Assembly (NCBI GenBank): GCA_963715335.1
Contig: CAVQRZ010000006.1
Span: forward strand, 1 to 64,000
DNA length: 64,000 bases
DNA from: an uncultured delta proteobacterium
GTDB taxonomy: Bacteria > Desulfobacterota > Desulfuromonadia > Desulfuromonadales > BM103
Direction: 5' to 3'
Part shown: in pieces, positions 63,264 to 64,000 of the stretch
Layout of the letters: each line of letters begins with the position of its first letter
Position numbering within the stretch: position 1 is the stretch's first letter
Notes under the pieces: generated by a model
What the model saw: only the letters and a program-made list of their open reading frames with translations
Told to the model about the DNA's origin: nothing
Database searches by the model: none
Program-made: the position numbers and the translations under genes

Positions 63264-64000
63264 TCAGTTGACAAACGGCAGACTTCCCTCCTGAAATTTC
63301 TGCCGCAACTCGGCGACCAGGTATAATGAGCCGCAGACAACCACAGGGCATTCATCCCCGGCGGCGGCAACCGCTGCGGCCAGCCCCGCCTCGGCGGAGG
63401 GGAACTCCGCACAAGGCCGACCCAGGCCGGCTGCCCAGCCGGCGATCCGGGCCGTTGGCACGGATGTCTCGTAGCAAACCGGTACAGCATATACTGCAGC
63501 GACAAAATTTTCCAGAGGCATCATGACCTCTTCTGGCACACGTTCGCCGCTCAACCCGGCAACCAGGTGAATTTTCCTTACTTCCTGGTCATTCAGGTAA
63601 TCGGCAAGGCAGCCGATCCCGGCACGGTTATGCGACACATCCGTCAAAATCCTGGGTTGGCACGGCCACCATTCCAGACGCCCTGGCCAAATCGCCGCCC
63701 TGCCGGCCTCTCGGATCGCACTATCGTTTATCGGCATGCCCTGCTCGCGCAACTTGATGGCTGCAGCGACGGCCTGGGAGAAGTTGTCCAGCTGATGTCG
63801 ACCCGCCAGTGGGCAGGGCAGATCATCGATACGGTTGACGCCCACGGCAACCGAGAGGCTGTCGTGGGCTCCCTCCCAGGAAAAATCGCGCCCGGCCAGA
63901 CAAACACTGGCATCAAGGGCGGAGGCAGCACTCATGACCACTTCAAGGGCCTCAGGATCCTGCCTGCCGACAACCACAGGCACACCGGGCTTCAGGATAC
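63264..64000 (-). CDS. folC: Folylpolyglutamate synthase/dihydrofolate synthase (5' part outside the window)
   Basis: GRHQLDN, WPGRLE, DVSHN and VCGSLYLVAE motifs. Confidence 0.9.
   Translation of the reverse strand, partial: ILKPGVPVVVGRQDPEALEVVMSAASALDASVCLAGRDFSWEGAHDSLSVAVGVNRIDDLPCPLAGRHQLDNFSQAVAAAIKLREQGMPINDSAIREAGRAAIWPGRLEWWPCQPRILTDVSHNRAGIGCLADYLNDQEVRKIHLVAGLSGERVPEEVMMPLENFVAAVYAVPVCYETSVPTARIAGWAAGLGRPCAEFPSAEAGLAAAVAAAGDECPVVVCGSLYLVAELRQKFQEGSLPFVN

Overview
Mostly core chromosome of a deltaproteobacterium, probably Desulfuromonadales/Geobacteraceae-like. The assignment rests on the eukaryote-type citrate synthase, dusB-ntrB-ntrC (gnfLM-like), draTG, cdaA-cdaR-glmM and rpsF-rpsR-DUF2232-rplI-dnaB without ssb. 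About 1.0-6.9 kb is an accessory islet: an IS481-family element, a triply inactivated Zn-ribbon-repeat PD-(D/E)xK nuclease gene split by an IS5-family element (TTAA duplication), and a PQQ sugar dehydrogenase. Next come a draT-draG-HTH-hypothetical-macrodomain-slyD cluster, gltA, dusB-ntrBC-folA, ribosomal and housekeeping genes, hppA, tRNA-Gln, two tandem TRAP transporters each with a Usp, a stand-alone E2 acyltransferase core, and a long minus-strand housekeeping run with two tRNA-CAT genes ending in a partial folC. Four features are most notable. (1) A ~420-nt non-coding element with structurally symmetric double-hairpin ends, present as two inverted copies plus further related ends. (2) A TAXI-TRAP permease with an inserted lysine-less lipoyl/biotinyl-like domain, about 2 kb from an E2 core that lacks its own lipoyl domain. 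(3) An ADP-ribosylation writer/eraser/macrodomain cluster. (4) The reconstructable Zn-ribbon repeat nuclease. All calls come from reading motifs by eye; no database searches were run.
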